A stretch of DNA of 64,000 nucleotides from Bacilli bacterium (GTDB lineage: Bacteria > Bacillota_I > Bacilli_A > RFN20 > CAG-826), in contig JAZQOV010000007.1 of the NCBI GenBank assembly GCA_045628045.1, positions 8,704-72,703 on the forward strand, written 5' to 3'. Made by a program: the position numbers and the translations under genes. This document shows positions 29,418 to 38,740 of the stretch, piece after piece. The notes below the pieces were generated by a model. That model did no database searches. It was not told the origin of the DNA and saw only the letters and a list, made by a program, of their open reading frames with translations. Each line of letters opens with the position of its first letter. Within the stretch, counting starts at the first letter, position 1.

Positions 29418-30545
29418 ATGGTAGAGATAAAAGAGGTTAAAACTAGACAAGAAATAAAATCTTTTATTAATTTTCCTTTAGAGATGTATAAAGATAATAA
29501 AAATTTTGTTCCACCTCTATACATGTCTGAAAAAGAATGTTTTAAAAAGAATAATTCTTTTTCTTCTGCTTGTGATACTGTTTATTATTTAGCATACAAA
29601 GAAGGAAACCTTGTTGGTAGAATTTCTGGAATTATTCAAAAAGATGCTAATGAAAAATGGAATCAAAAACGTGTCAGATTCACTCGATTTGATTCAATAA
29701 ATGATCAAGAAGTGGCGGATGCATTATTTGATGCTGTCGAAAAATGGGCAAAAAATAAAGGAATGAAAGAAATTTGTGGTCCGCTTGGTTTTAACGACCT
29801 TGAAAGGGAAGGACTCCTGATTGATGGTTTTGATAAATTATCGACGTTCGAGGAACAATATAATGCCGAATATTACCCTACTTTGGTAGAAAAACATGGC
29901 TTCAAAGGCGAAACGGATTGGATTGAAAGAGAACTTAGATTACCTAAGGACCGTGAAGCTTTAGACAAGATTACTCGTATAAGCGAACTTATGATGAAAA
30001 AATATAAGCTTACTTATATGATTGAAAAAAGTGTTAATGTTTTTATAAAAAAACATAAAGATGAATTTTTTGAACTCTTAGATGATACTTATTCTGATTT
30101 GTATGGAACTTGTCCAATTAGAAAGGAAGTCCAAAAAGAACTTCTTGTTGGTTTCAAATTGCTTCTTACAAGCGATAATATTGTAGGTATTAAAAACGAA
30201 AAAGGTGAAATGATTTGTTTTGGACTTTATTTCCCATCTATTGCAAAAGCACTTCAACCATCTGGTGGTAGACTTACTCCTGCTGGAATAAGAAGAGTAC
30301 TTAAGGCAATTAGAAATCCAAACATTCTTGATCTTGGTTTAATTGGTGTCAGAAAGGATTATCGCAATTATGGCGTTCCTGCGATGTTGCTCGTTAAATT
30401 AATTGAACTTTTAGAGACAGGAAAATATGAACATCTTGAAACAAATTTAACACTTGTTGATAATTACGAAATTAATAACCTTCTAAAGAGATTTGATGGT
30501 GTTGTTCATAAAGCCAGAAGATCGTATTGCAAAACAATAAAATAA
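29418..30545 (+). CDS. GNAT-fold acyltransferase, YghO/bCerS-like
   Basis: FINFP..Y.....VPPL, VGRISGI, RFTRFD, GPLGFNDLEREGLLIDGFD, YNAEYY, IGVRKDYRNYG. Confidence 0.7.
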   Translation: MVEIKEVKTRQEIKSFINFPLEMYKDNKNFVPPLYMSEKECFKKNNSFSSACDTVYYLAYKEGNLVGRISGIIQKDANEKWNQKRVRFTRFDSINDQEVADALFDAVEKWAKNKGMKEICGPLGFNDLEREGLLIDGFDKLSTFEEQYNAEYYPTLVEKHGFKGETDWIERELRLPKDREALDKITRISELMMKKYKLTYMIEKSVNVFIKKHKDEFFELLDDTYSDLYGTCPIRKEVQKELLVGFKLLLTSDNIVGIKNEKGEMICFGLYFPSIAKALQPSGGRLTPAGIRRVLKAIRNPNILDLGLIGVRKDYRNYGVPAMLLVKLIELLETGKYEHLETNLTLVDNYEINNLLKRFDGVVHKARRSYCKTIK

Positions 30546-30591
30546 TCAGGATTTATCGCAAAATCCCCAGGAATTCCTTGATATTTTGATT

Positions 30592-31137
30592 ATGAAAATT
30601 CTAAATTTAATAAAAACTTTAGTGTTCGCGATTGCTGGAATTTTAACCATTTGTTTTCATGATTTTCTTTTTCAAATTATTGATTGTAATTTAAATATTT
30701 TTGTTGGGGCAATCATTGTTCTTTTTTCAATTGAACCAATTATTTTATTATTTGTAAAAACTGAAAGACATGAATTTTTATCAAATCTCCTAAAAGGGTC
30801 TCTCACTTTTTGTTTTGGTTTACTTATGATGTTGTTAGTGAAGACTGTCTCTTCTCAAATTCTACTCGCTTGTGTTATTTGGGGTGTTTGGTCAATTCTT
30901 CGTGAGCTCGAGGAAATTCGTTCTAATATATCAGAAAAAATCAAAATAACTCCAGTGTGTGCCTTATTAAATATTTCGGAATCTGTTACAGTTATTGTGC
31001 TTACTATTATTTTTATTGTTGGACACAACCCAAAAGAAGTTAATTTTCATCTTTACATTTTGGGTGCCGAGTTAGTTCTTGAATCACTCTGGCCATTTGC
31101 TTACAAATTAGAAAGAATATTAAAAAATAGAAAATAA
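30592..31137 (+). CDS. Hypothetical membrane protein
   Basis: About six hydrophobic segments; start uncertain. Confidence 0.65.
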   Translation: MKILNLIKTLVFAIAGILTICFHDFLFQIIDCNLNIFVGAIIVLFSIEPIILLFVKTERHEFLSNLLKGSLTFCFGLLMMLLVKTVSSQILLACVIWGVWSILRELEEIRSNISEKIKITPVCALLNISESVTVIVLTIIFIVGHNPKEVNFHLYILGAELVLESLWPFAYKLERILKNRK

Positions 31138-31180
31138 TATATCTTGATTTAATCAAGATATAATTGTATAATGTCAACGT

Positions 31181-32134
31181 ATGTGGGCATTTCTTTTAAT
31201 CTCAACATTAGCCTGGGGCATTGCTGAAATTTTCTATAAAAAAGGTAATTGCGCTGACGAAAAATATTCACATTTGAAAACGACAGTTTTTGTGGGCTTT
31301 TTCATGGGCATTTACGCCTTGATTATTTTGTTTACTCAAGGAATTGATCTAAAGACTTTTCCTTCATATTTTGTGAGGTATTTGCCTATTGCAATTTGCT
31401 ACATTGTTTCTATGGTGTGTTCTTATTTTGGAGTTAGATTTGTTGAAGAATCTATTTCCGATCCTATTGAAAACACTTCTGGAGCAATTGTTCCTATTTT
31501 GTGTGCAATTTTTCTAAAAGAAACATTTTCAAGATTGCAAGTCATAGGAATCATTGTAGTTTTTATCGGTTTAGTTTGTGTTGGATTATTGGATAAAAAA
31601 GGCAACAATGATCGCAAACAGAAATTTGGAAAGAAATTGGCAATTTGGGCAATTTCAATGCCGTTTTGTTATCTTTTTTTAGATTCAGTCGGAACTTTTT
31701 TGGATATTTATTATGTCCAAACTTTATCAGATTCAATTTTATTGAATTCTACTGAGCGAGTGGCAGAGCACACTGCAAACTGTGCTTATGAATTAACTTT
31801 CTTTATTGTTGCTGTTGTTCTTTTTATATTTTTAAAAATCAAAAAACAAAGTCTGTTTAGTATTTCCAAAGGAACTAGAGACAACAATCTTTTATCTGCT
31901 GTTGTAAGTCAAAAATGGAAAATTCTCGCAGCAGTTTTTGAAACAATCGGACAAGCAACTTATCTTTTTGCATTAAGCGAAGGGACCGGAATTGCTGCAG
32001 TAATTATTGGTGCGGGAACAGTAATTGTTTCTCTAATCTTATCTAGACTCATTCTTAAAGAAAAATTGAGTATTAATCAATACATTTTTGTAGCAATTAT
32101 TTTAATAGGTATAGTCATTCTTTCGTTATCCTAG
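31181..32134 (+). CDS. EamA/DMT-family transporter
   Basis: About ten TMs in two repeats ending FLKE.F / ILKEKLS. Confidence 0.8.
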   Translation: MWAFLLISTLAWGIAEIFYKKGNCADEKYSHLKTTVFVGFFMGIYALIILFTQGIDLKTFPSYFVRYLPIAICYIVSMVCSYFGVRFVEESISDPIENTSGAIVPILCAIFLKETFSRLQVIGIIVVFIGLVCVGLLDKKGNNDRKQKFGKKLAIWAISMPFCYLFLDSVGTFLDIYYVQTLSDSILLNSTERVAEHTANCAYELTFFIVAVVLFIFLKIKKQSLFSISKGTRDNNLLSAVVSQKWKILAAVFETIGQATYLFALSEGTGIAAVIIGAGTVIVSLILSRLILKEKLSINQYIFVAIILIGIVILSLS

Positions 32135-32202
32135 ATAAAAAATAATAAAAAGTATAAAATTTTAATTTTAAAATTTTAGAAAAGTTCAATTTATTGAACT
32201 TG

Positions 32203-32222
32203 TTTTTTTTTTTTTTTTTTTT
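32203..32222 (+). repeat. Poly-T20 tract spanning a promoter spacer
   Basis: 20 consecutive T running from within TTGTTT (32200-32205) to the first T of TATAAT (32222-32227). Confidence 0.85.
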
Positions 32223-32256
32223 ATAATATATTATATTCACGAATCGGAGGTTCGAT

Positions 32257-33921
32257 ATGATTTTAACAAAAATATTATTAGCATGTTCATTGCTTGGTTT
32301 GTATCCGAAGTATGATAATAACGAAAAAACAGAATTTAATTATGTTAGTTTTGGATCATCTCAAACAAATGGTTATGGTTTACACGGATTTATTCCAGAA
32401 CCATTCTACCTAGAACCAAGTAAAATTTATGGTTTATATGACGGTGATAGAGACGGATATTTCTCATCAGGATATTATTTTTATTCCGAAAAATGTTATC
32501 CAGTTCTTGTTAAGGAAAAACTTGAAAAAGAATATGACAAAGTTAATTTTCACCAATGTGCACTAAACTCAATGCGTGCTTATGATTTAGCATACATTCT
32601 AGATGAAAGTGTTCCCGCAGATGCTTATGTTAATTGGCGTCTCGGAGAAAAATTTGATTGGATTGGCGACATTGAGAAAGAAAGAAACCAAGATGTCGAA
32701 ATTGACGGTCAAATTTATAATTTCTCTAAAGAGAAAACGAATCTAAAAGAAGAATTTATTCAATCTATTAAAGATGCTGATTTAATTAGCTATGATCTTG
32801 GAATCAATGATTTCACCGTTTATGTTGCAAACATGATTTTAGAGATGGAAGATGGCGGTTTATTCGACAATAATCTATTCAACACTCTTGGCAAATACGC
32901 AAGATATTACTATTTGATGAAAAATGTTCTCGAAGAATCCATTCTTAAAAATGTTCTTTCAGTTGATGAAGAAACAGTAAAAACGATTGGTTTTGTTGTT
33001 GATACATTAGCATACGCATTCTCTGGATTTATTCTTGGTTTTGAAAAATCTATGAAAGTCATTTATGAACTAAATCCAGATGTTGAAGTAGTGGTCGTCG
33101 CTCTTCAAAATATGCTCGATGGTTACAAAATAAAACTTGGCGATATTGAAATTGATGCAGGTATTATTTTTGGTATTTTAACTAACGCTGCAAATTTATA
33201 TTTGAATTCATTTTCTCCATATTGCACCAAATATTATTTCGCAAGTTTTGGTCCTAAACAAAAAGCTACAAACTTTGCTGATGAAATTTGCGCATGGGAC
33301 GGAAATGCCGAAACAATTCCTTCAAACGTAATCGATTGTTTTGACTGCTATGAAGAAGATTTTTTAATTTCATCTATTGTTGATGATCTCGTTAAAAAGA
33401 ATTCATCATTGATTAAGACACTTTATGGATTAGGTGATGAAGATTTTCCAATCATTATTGACCGTATTTCAACATACATTCATTTCTTAACAGCAACTGT
33501 TGCAAAAGAATCACTATCCAATACCGTAATTGATATTGAAAATTTAGATCTTTCCGTTATTGAAGAATTTGCATCAGAAGCAACTTCTCTTGATACAATT
33601 AATTCAATAATATTGAATTACGTAAACGGGAATGACGATCAAAAAGTTTATGAACTCGGAAAAGCATCAATGCTTTCACTTCTTAGCAAAGAAGGAGCAA
33701 AAGGAAGTGTTGCAGCTGTCTTTATTCTTCAATTTGGTAACTCATTCTTTTCGCATCCTAATGAACAAGGTCATGCAGAAATTGCTGAATTAGTTTATAG
33801 AGCATACAAAGTTAAATTAATTGCTGCAGCAACTGTTTTTGATAATGTTGGAAATGTTAGTGTGTCTTTACTCGCAAAGATTTTCCTTCCAAATACTAAA
33901 TTTACAATTAAACATAGATAA
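32257..33921 (+). CDS. Secreted SGNH/GDSL-like hydrolase
   Basis: Signal-like N-terminus; YVSFGSSQTNGYG (block I), LGINDF (block III), HPNEQGH (block V). Confidence 0.7.
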   Translation: MILTKILLACSLLGLYPKYDNNEKTEFNYVSFGSSQTNGYGLHGFIPEPFYLEPSKIYGLYDGDRDGYFSSGYYFYSEKCYPVLVKEKLEKEYDKVNFHQCALNSMRAYDLAYILDESVPADAYVNWRLGEKFDWIGDIEKERNQDVEIDGQIYNFSKEKTNLKEEFIQSIKDADLISYDLGINDFTVYVANMILEMEDGGLFDNNLFNTLGKYARYYYLMKNVLEESILKNVLSVDEETVKTIGFVVDTLAYAFSGFILGFEKSMKVIYELNPDVEVVVVALQNMLDGYKIKLGDIEIDAGIIFGILTNAANLYLNSFSPYCTKYYFASFGPKQKATNFADEICAWDGNAETIPSNVIDCFDCYEEDFLISSIVDDLVKKNSSLIKTLYGLGDEDFPIIIDRISTYIHFLTATVAKESLSNTVIDIENLDLSVIEEFASEATSLDTINSIILNYVNGNDDQKVYELGKASMLSLLSKEGAKGSVAAVFILQFGNSFFSHPNEQGHAEIAELVYRAYKVKLIAAATVFDNVGNVSVSLLAKIFLPNTKFTIKHR

Positions 33922-34023
33922 AACTGATAATAATTTACTATTTAGTATTTGACTAAATATATGTAAATTTATTAAAATACTTAAGACTTTGAAAGTTAAT
34001 TATATTAAAGTGAGGTAAAAATT

Positions 34024-34581
34024 ATGGCAATTGAAGCAGGCGATTTTAGAACAGGTCTTACACTTCTCATTGATGGTGATCCATGGGTAGTCTTAGACTT
34101 CATGCACGTTAAACCAGGCAAAGGTGCAGCTATCTTAAAAACAAAGATGAAAAACCTTAAAACCGGTTCAACACAAGAAAGAAACTTCAACGCATCTACA
34201 AAATTTGATGCAGCAGAAATCATTCGTAAACAAGTTCAATATTCATACAATGCAGGCACATCATACGTCTTCATGGATATGGAAACATTTGAACAATATG
34301 AATTAGATGAAAAGATTTTAGGAAATAATAAATATTTCCTTATCGAAGGAATGGATACAAATATTGTCTTCTTTGAAGGTAAAATTCTTGATATTTCCCT
34401 TCCAGATAAAGTCGAGATGGAAATTACCGAAACTGCTCCAGCAGTATCAAATGCATCTGCAACTGCAACAAAGGATGCTGTTACAAATACAGGTCTTAGA
34501 CTCCGCGTTCCAATGTTTATTAAGGAAGGCGAAAAGATCATTGTCTCAACAGCTGACGGTAAATATTCTTCAAGAGCTTAA
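34024..34581 (+). CDS. efp: Elongation factor P
   Basis: HVKPGKGAA, FMDMETFEQ, VPMFIKEGE, Y.SRA. Confidence 0.97.
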   Translation: MAIEAGDFRTGLTLLIDGDPWVVLDFMHVKPGKGAAILKTKMKNLKTGSTQERNFNASTKFDAAEIIRKQVQYSYNAGTSYVFMDMETFEQYELDEKILGNNKYFLIEGMDTNIVFFEGKILDISLPDKVEMEITETAPAVSNASATATKDAVTNTGLRLRVPMFIKEGEKIIVSTADGKYSSRA

Positions 34582-34601
34582 TATAAGCTCTTTTTTCTAT
34601 T

Positions 34602-35342
34602 ATGGGGAAAGTCGCGTTAGTTACTGGTGGTGCTAAAGGTATTGGCGCTGCCATTTGTAGAGAACTCGCAAGTGCAGGCTATGATGTAGTAATTAATTAC
34701 TTGTCGTCAAAAGAGAAGGCTGAAGCACTCGCCAAGGAATTAACATCACTAGGTGTTAAATCTTTTTCGTACCAATGTGACGTTTCAAAAGAAAAAGAAG
34801 TTGATAAGATGATTCAATTGATTGAATCAAAACTTGGCACTGTTGATATTTTAATTAACAATGCTGCAGTTGATCTTTCGTGTATGTGGAGTGAGAAAAC
34901 TGCAGAAAGCTTTAGAAAAACTTTAGATGTTAATGTTATTGGAGCATTTAATGTTGCCCACAGAGTTTATAAAGGTATGATGGATAAGAAGTGGGGGAGA
35001 ATTGTTAATATTTCTTCTACAAATGGAATTGATACTTACTATCCGATGTGTCTTGAATATGATGCATCTAAAGCAGCGTTAATTTCATTAACACATAATT
35101 TATCAATTCAGTTTGCACCTTATGCAACCGTGAATGCGATTGCACCAGGATTTATTGGTACAGAATCAGAACTTGAAGGTTATGATGAAGAATTTCTAAA
35201 ATCAGAACAAGAAAAAATACTTCTTGGAAGATATGGGAAACCAGAAGAAGTTGCACACTTAGTTAAATTCTTAGTGAGTGATGAAGCAAGCTACATTAAT
35301 AATGCAGTTCTTAAAATAGATGGAGGCCGTTACGGAGGATAA
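34602..35342 (+). CDS. SDR-family oxidoreductase, FabG-like
   Basis: TGGAKGIG, NNA, YDASK, NAIAPG, DGG. Confidence 0.88.
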   Translation: MGKVALVTGGAKGIGAAICRELASAGYDVVINYLSSKEKAEALAKELTSLGVKSFSYQCDVSKEKEVDKMIQLIESKLGTVDILINNAAVDLSCMWSEKTAESFRKTLDVNVIGAFNVAHRVYKGMMDKKWGRIVNISSTNGIDTYYPMCLEYDASKAALISLTHNLSIQFAPYATVNAIAPGFIGTESELEGYDEEFLKSEQEKILLGRYGKPEEVAHLVKFLVSDEASYINNAVLKIDGGRYGG

Positions 35343-35420
35343 TCCGAGGCCTTTTTCTTTAAATTTTTAAAAAATTATTTCGATGAAGCCACATAAATGT
35401 GGCTTTTTTTCACTTTATAT

Positions 35421-35473
35421 TTGAAAAGTATTTTTCTTTGTGGTATATTATAGCGCTTAAGCGCTATAATATA
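35421..35473 (+). promoter_or_regulatory. Promoter overlapped by a perfect 30-bp palindrome
   Basis: TTGAAA(35421)-17-TATATT(35444); palindrome TATATTATAGCGCTT|AAGCGCTATAATATA at 35444-35473. Confidence 0.75.
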
Positions 35474-35492
35474 GCTAAAGGAGGCCTAAATT

Positions 35493-36449
35493 ATGGCAGA
35501 AAAATTTGAAATAATCACCTTTAAAGACGGTGAATTCGCTCTTGATGTTAGAGCTGACAAAAATGGAGAAACTGTATGGTTAACGCAACGAGAAATAGCA
35601 CAACTTTTTGACGTGACTCCACAAAGTGTTACCATTCACACAAAAAATATTTATCTAGATAATGAATTATCTAAAAGAGCAACTTGTAAAAAATCCTTAC
35701 AAGTTCAAAAGGAAGGTAATAGAAGTATAGAAAGATCGTTAACTTTGTATAACCTCGATATGATACTTTCGATTGGATATAGGGTAAACGGAAAAAGAGG
35801 TTCTTTATTTAGAAAATGGGCTAACTCAATTTTAAAAGATTATTTGATTAAAGGATATGCCGTTAATGAGAAAAGGCTCATTTCATTAAATAAGACTATT
35901 GAGATTCAAAATAGAATGCTTTCTTCAGTTCTTAATATTGAAACAAGTGAATTGTCATCAGTTATAAGCGCATATACAGAGGCTTTAGATCTTTTAGATG
36001 ATTATGACCATCAATGTGTAAAACCTATCAAAGGAAGGGCTGCAACATATGTTTTAACATATGACGACTCAAGAGCAATTATTAATTCTATGAAATTTGG
36101 AAACAGCTCTGATATTTTTGGAGTTGAAAAAGAAGAAGGCAAACTTAATGGTATTTTGGCAGCGGTGTATCAAAATGTTTTTGGTAAAGAGATATACGAA
36201 ACCTTAGAAGATAAAGCTGCTCACTTGCTTTATTTTCTTGTCAAAGATCATCCTTTTGTTGACGGCTGTAAAAGAATTGCTGCCACTTTATTTCTTGAAT
36301 TTTTAAATCGTAATCATGCATTAGTAAAAGAAGGCAAGTTAGTTATTTCTAATGATGCATTGGTTGCAATTACATTATTAACAGCAGAATCAAAACCAGA
36401 AGAGATTGAAATGATTATCAAAATAATTGTAAGCCTATTAGCGAAATAA
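35493..36449 (+). CDS. RhuM-like DNA-binding domain fused to a Fic/Doc domain
   Basis: ETVWLTQ..IA.LF, YNLDMILSIGYRV, FRKWA; C-terminal HPFVDGCKRIA. Confidence 0.9.
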   Translation: MAEKFEIITFKDGEFALDVRADKNGETVWLTQREIAQLFDVTPQSVTIHTKNIYLDNELSKRATCKKSLQVQKEGNRSIERSLTLYNLDMILSIGYRVNGKRGSLFRKWANSILKDYLIKGYAVNEKRLISLNKTIEIQNRMLSSVLNIETSELSSVISAYTEALDLLDDYDHQCVKPIKGRAATYVLTYDDSRAIINSMKFGNSSDIFGVEKEEGKLNGILAAVYQNVFGKEIYETLEDKAAHLLYFLVKDHPFVDGCKRIAATLFLEFLNRNHALVKEGKLVISNDALVAITLLTAESKPEEIEMIIKIIVSLLAK

Positions 36450-36477
36450 AAACCACTCGATGAGTGGTTTATTTTTT
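36448..36477. terminator. Bidirectional terminator
   Basis: AAAACCACTC-GAT-GAGTGGTTTT between convergent genes. Confidence 0.8.
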
Positions 36478-37737
36478 AATCATTTTTGATAACGCGAGCA
36501 TTATTCCAAGTTTTCCGTACTCTTCAGTTAATCCGCCTTGCATGTAAAGCGTATAAGGCGGAATTACTGGAGCATCAGCGCTTAATTCAATCGTTGATCC
36601 TTGAGTAAATGCTCCTGCAGCCATAACTTCATCGAATGGATAACCTGGCATTGGTGCAGGCATTACATGTACGAATGAATCAATTGGAGATGAGCCTTGA
36701 AGACCTTGTGCAAAAGCGACAAGATTTTCTTTTGTTTCAAGCTCAACAGTTTGAATAATATCAGTTCTAGTTTCGTCAAATTTAGGTGAGATCTTTTTAA
36801 ATCCAAGTTTTTCTAACATATATGATGCAAAGATTGCTGTTTTAAGTGCATTCTTTACAGCATTTGGCGCCATGAAAATTCCTTTAAAGAAAGAGTTATT
36901 TTGGTTAAAGTTTGCGCCTAAATCTTTTGCAATTCCTGGAGCAGTTAATCTTTCTGCAACCATGTTAATCAAGACAGATCTACCAGCAACATAACCACCA
37001 GTGGAGGCTATGCCTCCTCCTAAGTTTTTCATTAGTGAACCAACAACAACATCAGCACCTACATGACCTGGTTCTTTTGTTTCTACTAATTCACCATAGC
37101 AGTTATCAACCATAATGATAACGTCTTTATTTACTTTTCTAATTTCTTTAACAATTTCCTCAATTTGAGAAATAGTTAATGACTTTCTATCTGAATAGCC
37201 TCTTGAGCGTTGAATTTCGACAAGTTTTACATCACCTTTATCGAGACGTTTTGTAATAGCGGTGGTATCAAATTTAGAATCCACCAAATCGATTTGTTCA
37301 TATTTAACACCATGAGCTTTCAAAGATTGAGTTGATTCTCCAATGATTCCAACCATTTCTTGTAAAGAATCATATGGAGTTCCTGAAATCGAAATCATTG
37401 TGTCTCCATGTTTTAATAAAGCGGTGAAAGTTAAGTATAAAGCGTTTGTGCCGCTCATTATTTGTGGTCTTACAAGTGCATCTTCTGTTCCTAAAACACC
37501 GGCAAAGATTCTTTCTAATTTGTCTCTTCCAGTATCGTAGTTACCATAACCATTGATATCTGCAAAATCAGTATAGGAAACTTTATTTTCGATGAATGCA
37601 GAAAGGATACGATTTGAGTTATATAAACACACCTCGTCAATCTTTTCAAAAATGGATTTTAAATCTTTATCAGCTTGTTTTGAAAGCTCAATAATATCTT
37701 TGCTAATTTCTTCTAAAATCATACTATTTCTCGGCAT
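36469..37737 (-). CDS. YnbB-like PLP enzyme (methionine gamma-lyase family / aluminium-resistance protein)
   Basis: GRDKLE, LVRPQ..SGT, PYDSL, IQRSRGY, VDNCYGE, GSLMKN.GGG, SPIDS, QGSTIELSAD. Confidence 0.9.
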   Translation of the reverse strand: MPRNSMILEEISKDIIELSKQADKDLKSIFEKIDEVCLYNSNRILSAFIENKVSYTDFADINGYGNYDTGRDKLERIFAGVLGTEDALVRPQIMSGTNALYLTFTALLKHGDTMISISGTPYDSLQEMVGIIGESTQSLKAHGVKYEQIDLVDSKFDTTAITKRLDKGDVKLVEIQRSRGYSDRKSLTISQIEEIVKEIRKVNKDVIIMVDNCYGELVETKEPGHVGADVVVGSLMKNLGGGIASTGGYVAGRSVLINMVAERLTAPGIAKDLGANFNQNNSFFKGIFMAPNAVKNALKTAIFASYMLEKLGFKKISPKFDETRTDIIQTVELETKENLVAFAQGLQGSSPIDSFVHVMPAPMPGYPFDEVMAAGAFTQGSTIELSADAPVIPPYTLYMQGGLTEEYGKLGIMLALSKMIKK

Positions 37738-38197
37738 TTTCTACGGGAATTCCCGGTTCTTTTTTATTTTCGTCATCTTCTAATAATCCTGGAATTGGAT
37801 TATAAAAATGATAAATACTTTCGAATAAATAAACGGCGGCAACATACATAAAAGCACAGCCTAACATTAAACTATAAAAGTTTTTATTTTCTGGTTTTGT
37901 AATTAAAGAAATTAAGTCATAAATTTCAATAAAAATCGCAAGAGGAAGAATTAAAATTTTATCAATTAAACTAATTCGTTTTTGTCTCTTTTTGGATGAA
38001 ATTGCCCAAATGAAATCTGCAATGCCCCAAAGAGCACCAAAAACAGTAATCCAGTTAAAAATTAACACTCTAGTTGGGTTATAACCCATTTTATTGGTGA
38101 GTTTAAGGACTCCAAAAACAGCAAATAAAATAGCAAATAAAAATAATTCGCCTGAATAAATTAATTTTGCTTTAGTTTCATCGCTTAATTTTTTCAT
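37724..38197 (-). CDS. Hypothetical membrane protein
   Basis: Four TMs; start at ATG 38197, 7 nt after TTGCGA-17-TAATAT. Confidence 0.7.
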   Translation of the reverse strand: MKKLSDETKAKLIYSGELFLFAILFAVFGVLKLTNKMGYNPTRVLIFNWITVFGALWGIADFIWAISSKKRQKRISLIDKILILPLAIFIEIYDLISLITKPENKNFYSLMLGCAFMYVAAVYLFESIYHFYNPIPGLLEDDENKKEPGIPVENAEK

Positions 38198-38280
38198 AAG
38201 AAATATATTAATATTTATTAAGAATAATCGCAATAAAGTTTATCACGTGCACACAATATAAATTTGATATAATTATGATT

Positions 38281-38736
38281 ATGAGTAGAAGAGAAGACGC
38301 AATTAATTATTTCAAAGAAGGCTATAACTGCACTCAATCTGTAGTTTTGGCTTTTAAAGATTTGCTTACTGTTGATGCAAAAGAACTTTGCAAAATAGCA
38401 TCACCTTTTGGCGGTGGTATTTCTAGAATGAGAGAAACTTGTGGTGCTGTTTCTGGAATGGTTATTGTTATCGGTAACCTTTTAGGTTATAGTACTCCAG
38501 AAACAGGCGAAGTAAAAGCAAATCTTTATAAAATAACTCAAGAATTATTATTAAAATTCGAGGAACGTTTCGGTTCTTTAACTTGCAGAAATTTACTTAA
38601 TTTAAATGTTAAACACGATGACCCAAATCCATCTCCCAGAGATCATTCGTTTTTTGCTAAAAGGCCATGCCCAGAATTAATTGGTGGAGCTGCCGAAATT
38701 TTAGAAGAATATTTAAATAATAATGTGATAAAATAA
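38281..38736 (+). CDS. C_GCAxxG_C_C family redox-active protein
   Basis: GYNCTQSV, FGGG, TCGAVSG, CRNLL, PC. Confidence 0.9.
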   Translation: MSRREDAINYFKEGYNCTQSVVLAFKDLLTVDAKELCKIASPFGGGISRMRETCGAVSGMVIVIGNLLGYSTPETGEVKANLYKITQELLLKFEERFGSLTCRNLLNLNVKHDDPNPSPRDHSFFAKRPCPELIGGAAEILEEYLNNNVIK

Positions 38737-38740
38737 CATT

